Below are positions 56,248-64,000 of a stretch of DNA of 64,000 nucleotides, piece by piece. The notes under the pieces are model-generated. The model was given only the letters and a program-made list of their open reading frames with translations. It did no database searches and had not been told where the DNA came from. Position 1 is the first letter of the stretch. Every line of letters begins with the position of its first letter. Source of the DNA: an uncultured Helicobacter sp. (lineage in GTDB: Bacteria > Campylobacterota > Campylobacteria > Campylobacterales > UBA6016); NCBI GenBank assembly GCA_964568395.1, contig CAZMPN010000001.1:129133-193132 (forward strand), written 5' to 3'. A program made the translations under genes and the position numbers.

Positions 56248-57486
56248 TTAGACCTTTTTGAATATTACGACGCCGTTCGTTCCGCCAAAGCCAAACGAGT
56301 TGCTCATCGCTATCTCTATTTTACCTTCTCTTGCGTTATTTGGTACATAGTCTAGGTCGCAATCCGCATCCGGAGTCGTGTAGTTGATAGTTGCCGGCAT
56401 AACGCTATCCCTCATTGCAAGTAGCGTAATAGCGGCTTCTATGCTTCCCGCGGCGCCCAGACAGTGGCCGGTAGCCCCCTTTGTCGAGCTGACAGGAGGA
56501 CAGTTGTCTTTGCCGCCAAACAGCTTTTTAAGAGCCATCGTCTCATACCAGTCGTTATATTTGGTGCTTGTACCGTGGGCGTTTACGTAGTCGATTTTGA
56601 AATCGCCGATTCTGGACTTTGCGAATTCTACCGCCGCTTTCATCGCCCTATAGGCGCCTTCGCCTTCCGGAGCGGGTGTTGTGATATGGTTCGCGTCGCC
56701 GCTTTCGCCAAAACCTATAATCTCTCCGTATATTTTAGCGCCTCTGGCTTTTGCGGCCTCATACTCTTCAAGTATAAGCGTAGCCGCACCCTCGCCCATT
56801 ACAAAGCCGTCCCTCTCGGTATCAAACGGTCTTGATGCGTGCTGAGGATCATCGTTTCTAGTAGATAGCGCCTTCATAGCCGCAAATCCGGCTATGCCGA
56901 TAGGGCATATGGCCGCTTCGGCGCCAACTACCAGCATTGCGTCCGCTTGCCCAAGAAGTATTGATTTGACGCCTTCGTTGATTGCGTGCGTTCCGGCTGC
57001 GCAAGCCGTAACGGCGCAAAGATTCGGACCTTTAAGTCCTAGTTCGATACTGACGATACCGCCTAGAAGGTTCGCAAGGGCGGACGGAATAAAGAAAGGA
57101 GAAACCCTTCTGTGCCCCTGCTCCGCCAAAATAACGGAGTTTTTTTCGATAGTAGGCAATCCGCCTATGCCGCTTGCGGCAGATACGCCGAATCTATCAG
57201 CATTTATACTGTTCTTGTCAAGACCAGAATCTCTAAAGGCGTCTACGGCGCTTTTTAGCCCTAGCTGTATGAATCTATCTGATTTTTTTACCTCTTTTGC
57301 GTCCATTACCACCGTCGGGTCGAAGCCTTTGACCTCGCCTGCTATTTGAACCGGAAAGTTTTCCGGGTCGAATAATGAAATCCTTTCGATGCCACACTTG
57401 CCGTTTAGTATAGCCTCAAAAGAACTTTTTGCGTCTAGGCCCAAAGAAGATACGATACTTATGCCTGTTACTACTACTCTTTTCAC
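56248..57486 (-). CDS. fabF: 3-oxoacyl-ACP synthase II
   Basis: 412 aa with active-site Cys (AVTACAAG), plus NAHGTST and GHCLGAAG motifs. Confidence 0.95.
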   Translation of the reverse strand: MKRVVVTGISIVSSLGLDAKSSFEAILNGKCGIERISLFDPENFPVQIAGEVKGFDPTVVMDAKEVKKSDRFIQLGLKSAVDAFRDSGLDKNSINADRFGVSAASGIGGLPTIEKNSVILAEQGHRRVSPFFIPSALANLLGGIVSIELGLKGPNLCAVTACAAGTHAINEGVKSILLGQADAMLVVGAEAAICPIGIAGFAAMKALSTRNDDPQHASRPFDTERDGFVMGEGAATLILEEYEAAKARGAKIYGEIIGFGESGDANHITTPAPEGEGAYRAMKAAVEFAKSRIGDFKIDYVNAHGTSTKYNDWYETMALKKLFGGKDNCPPVSSTKGATGHCLGAAGSIEAAITLLAMRDSVMPATINYTTPDADCDLDYVPNNAREGKIEIAMSNSFGFGGTNGVVIFKKV

Positions 57487-57524
57487 TGGTCTTGCTCCGA
57501 AGAATTTGAAGTGAGGATTGAAAA

Positions 57525-57541
57525 CTCCGAGAGATTCGGAG
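57525..57541 (-). terminator. hairpin (partial terminator/attenuator) between acpP and fabF
   Basis: On the minus strand: CTCCGA-ATCTC-TCGGAG followed by TTTTC. An acpP-proximal hairpin is a common feature of fab operons. Confidence 0.4.
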
Positions 57542-57552
57542 CTTTCTTCAAT

Positions 57553-57786
57553 TTATTTTTTAATGCTTTCGATAAAGTCAACTGCGTTTTGTACAGTTTG
57601 GATTTTTTCAGCTTGATCATCTGGAATTTCGATATCGAATTTTTCTTCCAAAGCCATAACAAGTTCAACTACGTCAAGGCTGTCTGCGCCTAGGTCGTCT
57701 GCGAATTTTGACTCCGGTTTTATCTCATCAGCACTTACGTTAAGTTGCTCAACAACTACCGCTTTTACATCATCAAAAATAGCCAT
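57553..57786 (-). CDS. acpP: acyl carrier protein
   Basis: I placed the start at the ATG at 57786, after GGGAGA. It is 77 aa and carries [18 protein letters not shown] with the phosphopantetheine Ser. Confidence 0.95.
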   Translation of the reverse strand: MAIFDDVKAVVVEQLNVSADEIKPESKFADDLGADSLDVVELVMALEEKFDIEIPDDQAEKIQTVQNAVDFIESIKK

Positions 57787-57857
57787 AAATTTCTCCCAAA
57801 GGAATTTTAAAACCACACATTATATCAAAGCAACTGTTAAAGTGGCTAAAATTGGCG

Positions 57858-58601
57858 CTACATTAGCATCCCGCCGTTTACTTTTAGGGTCTCCCCCGTT
57901 ATATACGACGCTTCATCGGATAGCAAAAACGCTACGGCGCTCGCTATCTCTGCAGGCTTGCCGAATCTTTTTAGAGGGATTTTGTCTATGTAGTAGTTTT
58001 TAACCTCGTCTTTTAGCTCGTTTGTCATATCCGTCTCTATAAAGCCGGGAGTTACGCTATTGTATCTTATCGCTCTCGCCGCGCCCTCTGCCGCAAAGCT
58101 TTTGGTCATTGCTATCATGCCGCCCTTGCTTGCGGAGTAGTTCGTCTGACCCGCATTCCCGGTTTCGCCGACTATCGAGGCTATATTCACTACGCTTCCG
58201 AATTTGTTTTTGCTCATGACTTTTAGCGCTTCTCTGCAGCCTACGAAAGTGGATGTCAGGTTTGCTTTTATGACCGATTCGAAATCTTCGACCTTCATTC
58301 TCATGGCAAGTTTGTCGTTCGTGATGCCGGCGTTATTTACAAGATAGTCCATGCTGCCGTCAGAGTCGACTATCGTCTTTACCGCATTTACAAACGCCTC
58401 TTCGTCGCTTGCGTCGAATCCTATGACGGCCGCTTTGCCGCCGCTTGTCTCTATCTCCGTTTTTAGCGCGTCGGCTTCCGCTGCGCTGCTTCTATAGTTG
58501 ATCCATACTTTTAGGCCTTGTTTCGCAAGGTATCTTGCGATCTCGGAGCCTATTCCCCTGCTTGCTCCCGTGATAAGTACGTTTTTGCCTGTAAATGTCA
58601 T
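57858..58601 (-). CDS. fabG: 3-oxoacyl-ACP reductase
   Basis: 247 aa SDR with TGASRGIG, NNAG and YSASKGG motifs. Confidence 0.93.
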   Translation of the reverse strand: MTFTGKNVLITGASRGIGSEIARYLAKQGLKVWINYRSSAAEADALKTEIETSGGKAAVIGFDASDEEAFVNAVKTIVDSDGSMDYLVNNAGITNDKLAMRMKVEDFESVIKANLTSTFVGCREALKVMSKNKFGSVVNIASIVGETGNAGQTNYSASKGGMIAMTKSFAAEGAARAIRYNSVTPGFIETDMTNELKDEVKNYYIDKIPLKRFGKPAEIASAVAFLLSDEASYITGETLKVNGGMLM

Positions 58602-58603
58602 CT

Positions 58604-60091
58604 TTATCCTTTTATTTCTATTAACGCTCTATCCATTTCGTCCGGTATCTCAAGACCCATAAGGGCGAGTACGGTCGGAGCTATGTTGTTTAGTCCGCCC
58701 TCGCTAACGGTAGATACTCCTTCGTCTTTGACGAAACAGTATACGGAGCCTACGGTGTGGTTTGTGAGCGTATGCCCATCGTCGTCTTTCATCTCCTCGC
58801 AGTTGCCGTGGTCGGAGGTAAGTATGATCGAGTAGCCACTCTCGTCCGCTTTTGCGAATATTTTACCGAGGCAGGCGTCTACGGCCTCTACGGCCTTGAC
58901 GGCCGCCTCAAAAACACCGGTGTGGCCTACCATGTCGCCGTTCGCGAAGTTGACTACCACGAACTCATACTCTTCGTCCATCGCTTTTAGCACGGCGTCG
59001 CATACTTCGTAGGCGCTCATCTGCGGTTTTTCATCGTACGTTTTCACCTTCGGGCTCGGTATCAGCGCCCTGGATTCGTTCAGATAGGGGGTTTCTACGC
59101 CGCCGTTGAAAAAGAACGTGACATGGGCGTATTTTTCGGTTTCCGCCGTATGAAACTGTCTTAGCCCGGCTCTCGATATTATTTCGGCAAGGGTGTTTTT
59201 AGGCTCGTCTTTTTCAAATAGCACGGGATACGCGAACTCCTTGGAGTATTCCGTCATCGTTGCTATGTTTATTTTTTTGTAGACCCTCTCAAAGCCGCTA
59301 AACTCCTCGCTACCCAGCGCCGTTACTATCTCTCTGGCTCTATCCGACCTGAAGTTCGCAAATATAAAACCGTCCCCCTCTTTTATGCCGTCAAAGCCGT
59401 CAAATGCTACGGCTTCCAAAAATTCGTCGGTTACCTCTTTGGCGTACTGCGAATCTATATACTCCAAAGGGGCTGCGGATATTTTAGGCGTCGCGTCGGA
59501 GATTGCTTTGTATGCCTTTTCGACCCTGTCCCATCTGTTGTCTCTATCCATCGCATAAAATCTGCCGGCTATCGTGGCTAGTTTTATATTGTTGTTGCAT
59601 ATTGATAGAAGCTGGGATATAAAGCCTTTTGACGACGTAGGGCTAACGTCCCTCCCGTCGGTTATCGCGTGCAGCCATACTTTCTTGCCGGCTTTTTCGG
59701 CTATTTGCGCCAGCCCTATTATGTGGCTTAGATGCGAGTGTACGCCGCCGTCCGATACGAGACCCGCTATATGTATATCTTTTGAGCTATCGAAAAGCGT
59801 TTTTAGCTTCGGATGCGAAGCTAGCGAACCGTCCTCAAGCGCAAGCGATATTTTCACGAGGTCTTGGTAGAGGATGCGCCCGCTGCCTATCGTCATGTGT
59901 CCCACTTCGGAGTTGCCCATCTGGCCTTCAGGCAGGCCTACGCTTAGTCCGTGCGTCTTTACGAGCGAATAAGGCACGTTTTTGAACAGATGGTCGTATG
60001 TCGGTTTTTTTGCCGCCAAAAAGGCGTTAAAATCTTTTTTTTCAGAGTGGCCGATGCCGTCCGTTATTATTAAAACTGTTTTTTTTCTCAT
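58604..60091 (-). CDS. gpmI: 2,3-bisphosphoglycerate-independent phosphoglycerate mutase
   Basis: I placed the start at the ATG at 60091, after AGGTGG. It has [27 protein letters not shown] and TSDHGN motifs. Confidence 0.95.
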   Translation of the reverse strand: MRKKTVLIITDGIGHSEKKDFNAFLAAKKPTYDHLFKNVPYSLVKTHGLSVGLPEGQMGNSEVGHMTIGSGRILYQDLVKISLALEDGSLASHPKLKTLFDSSKDIHIAGLVSDGGVHSHLSHIIGLAQIAEKAGKKVWLHAITDGRDVSPTSSKGFISQLLSICNNNIKLATIAGRFYAMDRDNRWDRVEKAYKAISDATPKISAAPLEYIDSQYAKEVTDEFLEAVAFDGFDGIKEGDGFIFANFRSDRAREIVTALGSEEFSGFERVYKKINIATMTEYSKEFAYPVLFEKDEPKNTLAEIISRAGLRQFHTAETEKYAHVTFFFNGGVETPYLNESRALIPSPKVKTYDEKPQMSAYEVCDAVLKAMDEEYEFVVVNFANGDMVGHTGVFEAAVKAVEAVDACLGKIFAKADESGYSIILTSDHGNCEEMKDDDGHTLTNHTVGSVYCFVKDEGVSTVSEGGLNNIAPTVLALMGLEIPDEMDRALIEIKG

Positions 60092-60217
60092 TGGCGTTTC
60101 CACCTGTTATTTATGGGCTTTTGAGGTAAAGTTTACTAAAATTTGGCTTTGGAACTCTTTGTTTAGTCTTTTTTGCGGGCCTAACCAAAGAGTTCTTTTA
60201 CAATACGAGGATCGTCA

Positions 60218-61282
60218 ATGTTCTACTGGCTTTACAGCTTTTACGGCGTAAACATTTTCCACTATATTACGGTGCGTGCGCTTATCGGATTTTTCATAGG
60301 GTTTGCGCTTACTCTGGCTATGATGCCGAGCTTTATTAGATGGGCAAAAGCGAAAAAGATGAAGCAGCCTATATATGCATTAGCTCCGGAGTCGCATCAA
60401 GGCAAGAAGAATACGCCGACGATGGGTGGACTCGTATTTATGAGCGCGACGTTGGCGGCCATTTTTCTATCCGCCAAAATGGACGATCCGTATGTCGTCT
60501 CCTCTATATTCTTGATGCTCGGATTTATGGGTATAGGCCTTACAGACGATATGGGCAAGATCACCAGCAAGAAGAACGATCTCGGACTCTCGGCCAGAGG
60601 CAAGCTGTACGGGCAGTTTTTTATAGCCTTTATCGTTTCCGCTTTTTTGTTTTTTTATATGAACTTCCCGACCTCTTTTTATGTCCCGTTTTTTAAAAAT
60701 CAGCTGTTTGACATGGGATATTTCGCGATACCTTTCTGGGCGCTCGTGATGGTCGCGGCGAGCAACGCGGTAAACATTACAGACGGTCTGGACGGCCTGG
60801 CTACGGTGCCTAGCGTATTTGCGTTTTTCTCTCTCGGCGTATTGATATATATTACAGGTAACGCTATTTTGAGCTCATACCTATTTATGCCGAAAGTAAT
60901 CGGGGTAGGCGAGCTTGCTGTGGTGGCCTTTTGTATGATAGGCGCACTTCTTGGTTTTCTTTGGTACAACTCCAATCCGGCCGAGGTGTTTATGGGCGAC
61001 AGCGGCAGCCTTCCGATAGGCGCGCTTCTAGGGCTTTTGGCTATCGCTTCCAAAAGCGAAATACTGCTTATTATTATAGGTTTCGTATTTGTGATGGAGA
61101 CTATGTCGGTCATTATCCAGATAGCAAGCTACAAATCCAGGGGCAAAAGGGTCTTTTTGATGGCTCCACTGCACCATCACTTCGAGATGAAAAAGTGGGC
61201 CGAGAATAAGATAATAGTGCGGTTTTGGATTATTGCGCTGCTTTCCAATATTATCGCGCTTCTAACCATTAAGATACGCTGA
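60218..61282 (+). CDS. mraY: phospho-N-acetylmuramoyl-pentapeptide transferase
   Basis: 354 aa with NAVNITDGLDGLA, VFMGDSGSL and APLHHHFE motifs. Confidence 0.97.
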   Translation: MFYWLYSFYGVNIFHYITVRALIGFFIGFALTLAMMPSFIRWAKAKKMKQPIYALAPESHQGKKNTPTMGGLVFMSATLAAIFLSAKMDDPYVVSSIFLMLGFMGIGLTDDMGKITSKKNDLGLSARGKLYGQFFIAFIVSAFLFFYMNFPTSFYVPFFKNQLFDMGYFAIPFWALVMVAASNAVNITDGLDGLATVPSVFAFFSLGVLIYITGNAILSSYLFMPKVIGVGELAVVAFCMIGALLGFLWYNSNPAEVFMGDSGSLPIGALLGLLAIASKSEILLIIIGFVFVMETMSVIIQIASYKSRGKRVFLMAPLHHHFEMKKWAENKIIVRFWIIALLSNIIALLTIKIR

Positions 61283-62475
61283 TGACGCTATTTGGATACG
61301 GCAAAACTACGCAAGCGATTGCAAATAGATACGGTAATTGCAGGATTTTTGACGACAATATAAAAGAGATAAAGACGGACGAAAAAGGCAATACGCTTTT
61401 CCCTTCCCATCTTTTCGACCCGGACGCAAGTCGTCTGGAGGTGACGAGTCCGGGTATCCCGCCGTACCATCCGCTGACCAAGGCGGCAAAAAATCTTATT
61501 AGCGAATACGATCTGTTTGCCGACACGATGCCTTATAGTATATGGATTAGCGGCACGAACGGCAAGACTACGACCACGCAGATGCTTCACCATCTGCTAA
61601 AAAGGCGCGGCGCCGACGTCGGCGGCAATATAGGTTCGCCGCTTGCGGATATGGACGAAAACGCAAATATATGGGTGCTTGAGACGAGCTCCTTTACGAT
61701 GCACTACACCAAAAAGGCAAAGCCGAATATCTATCTACTGCTTCCTATCACGCCGGACCACGTGAGCTGGCACGGCGGCATGGAGGAGTACGAGGCGGCG
61801 AAGCTAATGCCGTTTGCAGTCATGCAAGAGGGCGAGATGATAGTGGCTCCTTCAAAGTACAAAGACGTTCCTACGAACGGATTTTTTGTTGGGTACGAGA
61901 GCGCCGAGGATTTGGCGGCATATTTTGATATCGACGTCTCAAGGCTGAAATTCAAGGGCGTATTCTTGTTTGACGCATTGATGGCGTTGTCCGTTACCAA
62001 GGCGCTTTTTAACGAAGTGGATTACGAGCTTATCAACTCCTTTAACATAGACGGACACAGGCAGGAGGAGTTTACGGACAAAAAAGGCCGCCTCTGGGTC
62101 GACGATAGCAAGGCCACAAACCTCGACGCCACGATAGAGGCCGTAAAAAACTATATGGATAAAAAAATAGTTCTTTTGCTGGGCGGCGACGATAAGGGGC
62201 AAGACCTTACGTCTATGTTCGAGTTTTTAAAAGGCAAAGATATCGAGGTTTTTACGATAGGTTCGAACGAAGAGAGGCTGGCCGGTTTTTGCGAAAGATA
62301 CGGCATATGCTATACAAAATGCGGCGTCTTGCAAAACGCTGTTATTAAAATGAGCGAAAGCATGGACGAAAATAGCGTCGGAATGCTCTCTCCGGCAGCC
62401 GCAAGCCTAGATCAATTCAGCGGCTACAAAGAGCGCGGAGAGAAATTTAAAGAGTTTGTTCTCGCTTTAAGCTAA
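61282..62475 (+). CDS. murD: UDP-N-acetylmuramoylalanine--D-glutamate ligase
   Basis: 397 aa with Mur-ligase P-loop SGTNGKTTT, plus DDSKATN and a C-terminal LSPAAASLDQF. Its ATG overlaps the mraY TGA. Confidence 0.92.
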   Translation: MTLFGYGKTTQAIANRYGNCRIFDDNIKEIKTDEKGNTLFPSHLFDPDASRLEVTSPGIPPYHPLTKAAKNLISEYDLFADTMPYSIWISGTNGKTTTTQMLHHLLKRRGADVGGNIGSPLADMDENANIWVLETSSFTMHYTKKAKPNIYLLLPITPDHVSWHGGMEEYEAAKLMPFAVMQEGEMIVAPSKYKDVPTNGFFVGYESAEDLAAYFDIDVSRLKFKGVFLFDALMALSVTKALFNEVDYELINSFNIDGHRQEEFTDKKGRLWVDDSKATNLDATIEAVKNYMDKKIVLLLGGDDKGQDLTSMFEFLKGKDIEVFTIGSNEERLAGFCERYGICYTKCGVLQNAVIKMSESMDENSVGMLSPAAASLDQFSGYKERGEKFKEFVLALS

Positions 62476-62515
62476 ACTTTAAGAGTAAGTGAATATAATT
62501 TCGCTTCCTTTTTGT

Positions 62516-62591
62516 GGCTCGATAGCTCAGTTGGTAGAGCAGCAGATTGAAAATCTGCGTGTCGGCAGTTCGATTCTGCCTCGAGCCACCA
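62516..62591 (+). tRNA. tRNA-Phe (anticodon GAA)
   Basis: A 76-nt cloverleaf: GGCTCGA TA GCTC AGTTGGTA GAGC A GCAGA TTGAAAA TCTGC GTGTC GGCAG TTCGATT CTGCC TCGAGCC A CCA. Confidence 0.95.
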
Positions 62592-62622
62592 CCCTTCTAA
62601 CAATAAAACAATCCCGATAGAT

Positions 62623-62865
62623 TTAAGTCGCCAAACAAATCGCTATAAGCGGTGCTACGTTTAAAACCAAAACCAATATCTTGTATATGGCCATGCCGCA
62701 GTAGTGGATAGCGTCAAACGTCTCCATCTTTATGTTGAACCATCTGGAATGCAGCGCATACATCCGCTCATGCGCAAAATAAAACGCCAAAAACCAGACC
62801 GTGATAATCGAATAGTTGGCTATAAGAGAGTAGAGCAGGATCTCTTTTAGGTCGGAAATATCCAT
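62623..62865 (-). CDS. small hypothetical membrane protein
   Basis: 80 aa with two predicted TM helices (LLYSLIANYSIITVWFLAFYF and YKILVLVLNVAPLIAICLA). Confidence 0.5.
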   Translation of the reverse strand: MDISDLKEILLYSLIANYSIITVWFLAFYFAHERMYALHSRWFNIKMETFDAIHYCGMAIYKILVLVLNVAPLIAICLAT

Positions 62866-62930
62866 CTTCCAATCCTTGCGATGAAAATTTACTTTTTGAT
62901 TATATCCGTAATGTTTATTGAGAGCTTGAA

Positions 62931-62958
62931 GATTTTAAAAAGAGCGGGCGAGCCGCTC
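62931..62958 (-). terminator. rho-independent terminator for the 63027-63293 gene
   Basis: GAGCGG-GCGAG-CCGCTC hairpin (62942-62958). On the minus strand it is followed by TTTTTAAAATC. Confidence 0.45.
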
Positions 62959-63026
62959 CTTATGCGTGAGTACGAAATCAAAAAGGCAAATAGCGTTCCA
63001 TTTCTGGTTTTTGACGCAAAATTCTA

Positions 63027-63293
63027 TTAAGCGCTCATTCTCCTGCTTCGCTTGGCCTCTTTGGCTATAAGCTTTGAAGTATAATATTTATACTTTTGGT
63101 TCATATCCTCCACCATTTCCATATATTCAAGCAAAAGCACGTATCTATAAGGCACCCCGGAGTGTTTCCACTTTTTTGCCGTAATAGCGGCTATGCCTAT
63201 TGTCTGGCAGAAGTTTTCAAGATTCGAATTTATCGAATAAAGCCTATCCTTGAAGGCCGTATAATCAAGTGAAAGTTGTTTTGCGGCTTGCAT
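63027..63293 (-). CDS. small hypothetical protein with possible Cro/YdaS-like helix-turn-helix
   Basis: 88 aa and low GC (approx 32 % in one 60-nt line counted). FCQTIGIAAITAKKWKHSGVPYRYVLLLE resembles the HTH-plus-wing of small phage-type regulators. The C-terminus is basic. Confidence 0.4.
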   Translation of the reverse strand: MQAAKQLSLDYTAFKDRLYSINSNLENFCQTIGIAAITAKKWKHSGVPYRYVLLLEYMEMVEDMNQKYKYYTSKLIAKEAKRSRRMSA

Positions 63294-63413
63294 CGCTTCT
63301 CCTTTGAGTGAGTTTTAAAATAGTATATTTTTTATACTTAAAGTTTGTTCGGTTTTTGGATTAATCTATTTTCTGTAAAAATCTTAGACTAATTTGTAAA
63401 TACTGGATAAGCT

Positions 63414-64000
63414 ATGAAACTACGGGGGCTATATGCCATAACGGATAGTTCTTTGACGCCGTACGAGTATATAGATAGGTACGTCTCGCTTGCGCTAAAG
63501 GGCGGAGCCAAGATCGTACAGCTAAGGGATAAGACGCTTAGCGACGAGGAGCTCTACGAAGTCGCAAAAAAAATAAAAAAGATATGCAAAAAACATAAAG
63601 CGCTTTTTCTCCTTGACGACAGGGTGGTGTTGGCAAAAGCGATAGACGCCGACGGCGTACATATAGGCGGCGATGATACGCCAATAGGGGTTGCGAGAAA
63701 GATACTCGGGGATAAGAAAATAATCGGCGTCTCTTGCTACGGCGATATAGAGGCGGCAAAGAAGGCGGCAAAAGAGGGCGCCGATTATGTGGCGTTCGGT
63801 TCGTTCTTTTCGTCAAAGACGAAGCCTAACGCAAAAAAGGCAGATATCGGCGTGTTAAAAGAGGCGAAAAAGCTGGGTGTTCCGGTCTGCGCGATAGGCG
63901 GCATAGAGGCGGCAAACGCCGATATCTTGATAAATGCCGGCGCCGACATGCTGGCCGTCATAAGCGCGCTTTGGAGCGGGGATGTCGAAAGAAATGCGCT
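63414..64000 (+). CDS. thiE: thiamine-phosphate synthase, N-terminal approx 195 aa (3' end beyond window)
   Basis: My own translation from the ATG at 63414 gives MKLRGLYAITDSSL...IVQLRDKTLSDEEL...DGVHIGGDD...IIGVSCY...GADYVAFGSFFSSKTKP...VCAIGGI... This is the TMP-TENI fold signature. It is open-ended, so it is absent from the ORF track. Confidence 0.85.
   Translation, partial: MKLRGLYAITDSSLTPYEYIDRYVSLALKGGAKIVQLRDKTLSDEELYEVAKKIKKICKKHKALFLLDDRVVLAKAIDADGVHIGGDDTPIGVARKILGDKKIIGVSCYGDIEAAKKAAKEGADYVAFGSFFSSKTKPNAKKADIGVLKEAKKLGVPVCAIGGIEAANADILINAGADMLAVISALWSGDVERNA

Noticed and set aside
63294-63413. Possible TPP riboswitch upstream of thiE
   Set aside because: The region contains a CTGGATAA fragment. 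It lacks the conserved CUGAGA box and the paired P2-P5 helices of the THI element, and it is only about 120 nt of mostly A/T sequence.
63538-63816. 92-aa Arg/Pro/Leu-rich minus-strand ORF
   Set aside because: It is antisense to the clearly recognisable thiE reading frame, which starts at 63414. Its composition is typical of a shadow ORF.

Overview
This 64 kb window looks like chromosomal DNA from a Campylobacterota (epsilonproteobacterial) genome, most likely a non-jejuni Campylobacter. I infer this from gene content: a diheme cytochrome c1 in petABC, an S21 and ACP close to Campylobacter sequences, scattered fliQ/fliP, and gene order resembling my recollection of C. jejuni. Spot counts of 60-nt lines give roughly 45-55 % GC. 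Coding density is very high, with many 1-4 nt start/stop overlaps. I see no rRNA, CRISPR array, transposase, integrase or obvious prophage. Most genes are housekeeping. They include murB' (partial), fliQ, recA, eno, aroK, dapE, dnaG, rnhA, rnc, aroC, ilvA, trmA, fliP, glmU, coaBC, uppS, truA, dgkA and uppP. They also include murF, uvrB, an lpxH-type gene, recJ, pyrG, rpsU, mnmG, petABC, accA, fabF, acpP, fabG, gpmI, mraY, murD and thiE' (partial). There are three tRNAs: Arg-CCT, Arg-GCG and Phe-GAA. The best candidate for an undescribed system is a tightly packed six-gene module at 24353-30216. It encodes an ArnT-like GT39, a UPF0104 flippase-like protein, a GT9, a secreted Lys/His-rich protein, a second GT39 paralogue and a PAP2 phosphatase, and it reads straight into uppS. 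It appears inserted into an otherwise conserved fliP-glmU-coaBC-...-uppS-truA block. It resembles a non-canonical extracytoplasmic glycosylation or lipid A remodelling system that lacks the usual GT2 and GtrA parts. Secondary oddities:
- a lower-GC orphan CHASE-PAS histidine kinase islet
- a MurF with a polytopic membrane N-terminus
- a GGDEF protein with a degenerate GEEEF active site but an intact I-site
- a cytochrome c plus DUF3373-like outer-membrane protein pair
- a DUF1566-like secreted protein wedged between pyrG and recJ
- three genes whose -10 boxes sit exactly 6 nt upstream of the ATG (possible leaderless mRNAs)
- a tRNA-Arg carrying GCG rather than ACG

All functional calls rest on motif recognition by eye in the supplied translations. 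I ran no database searches.
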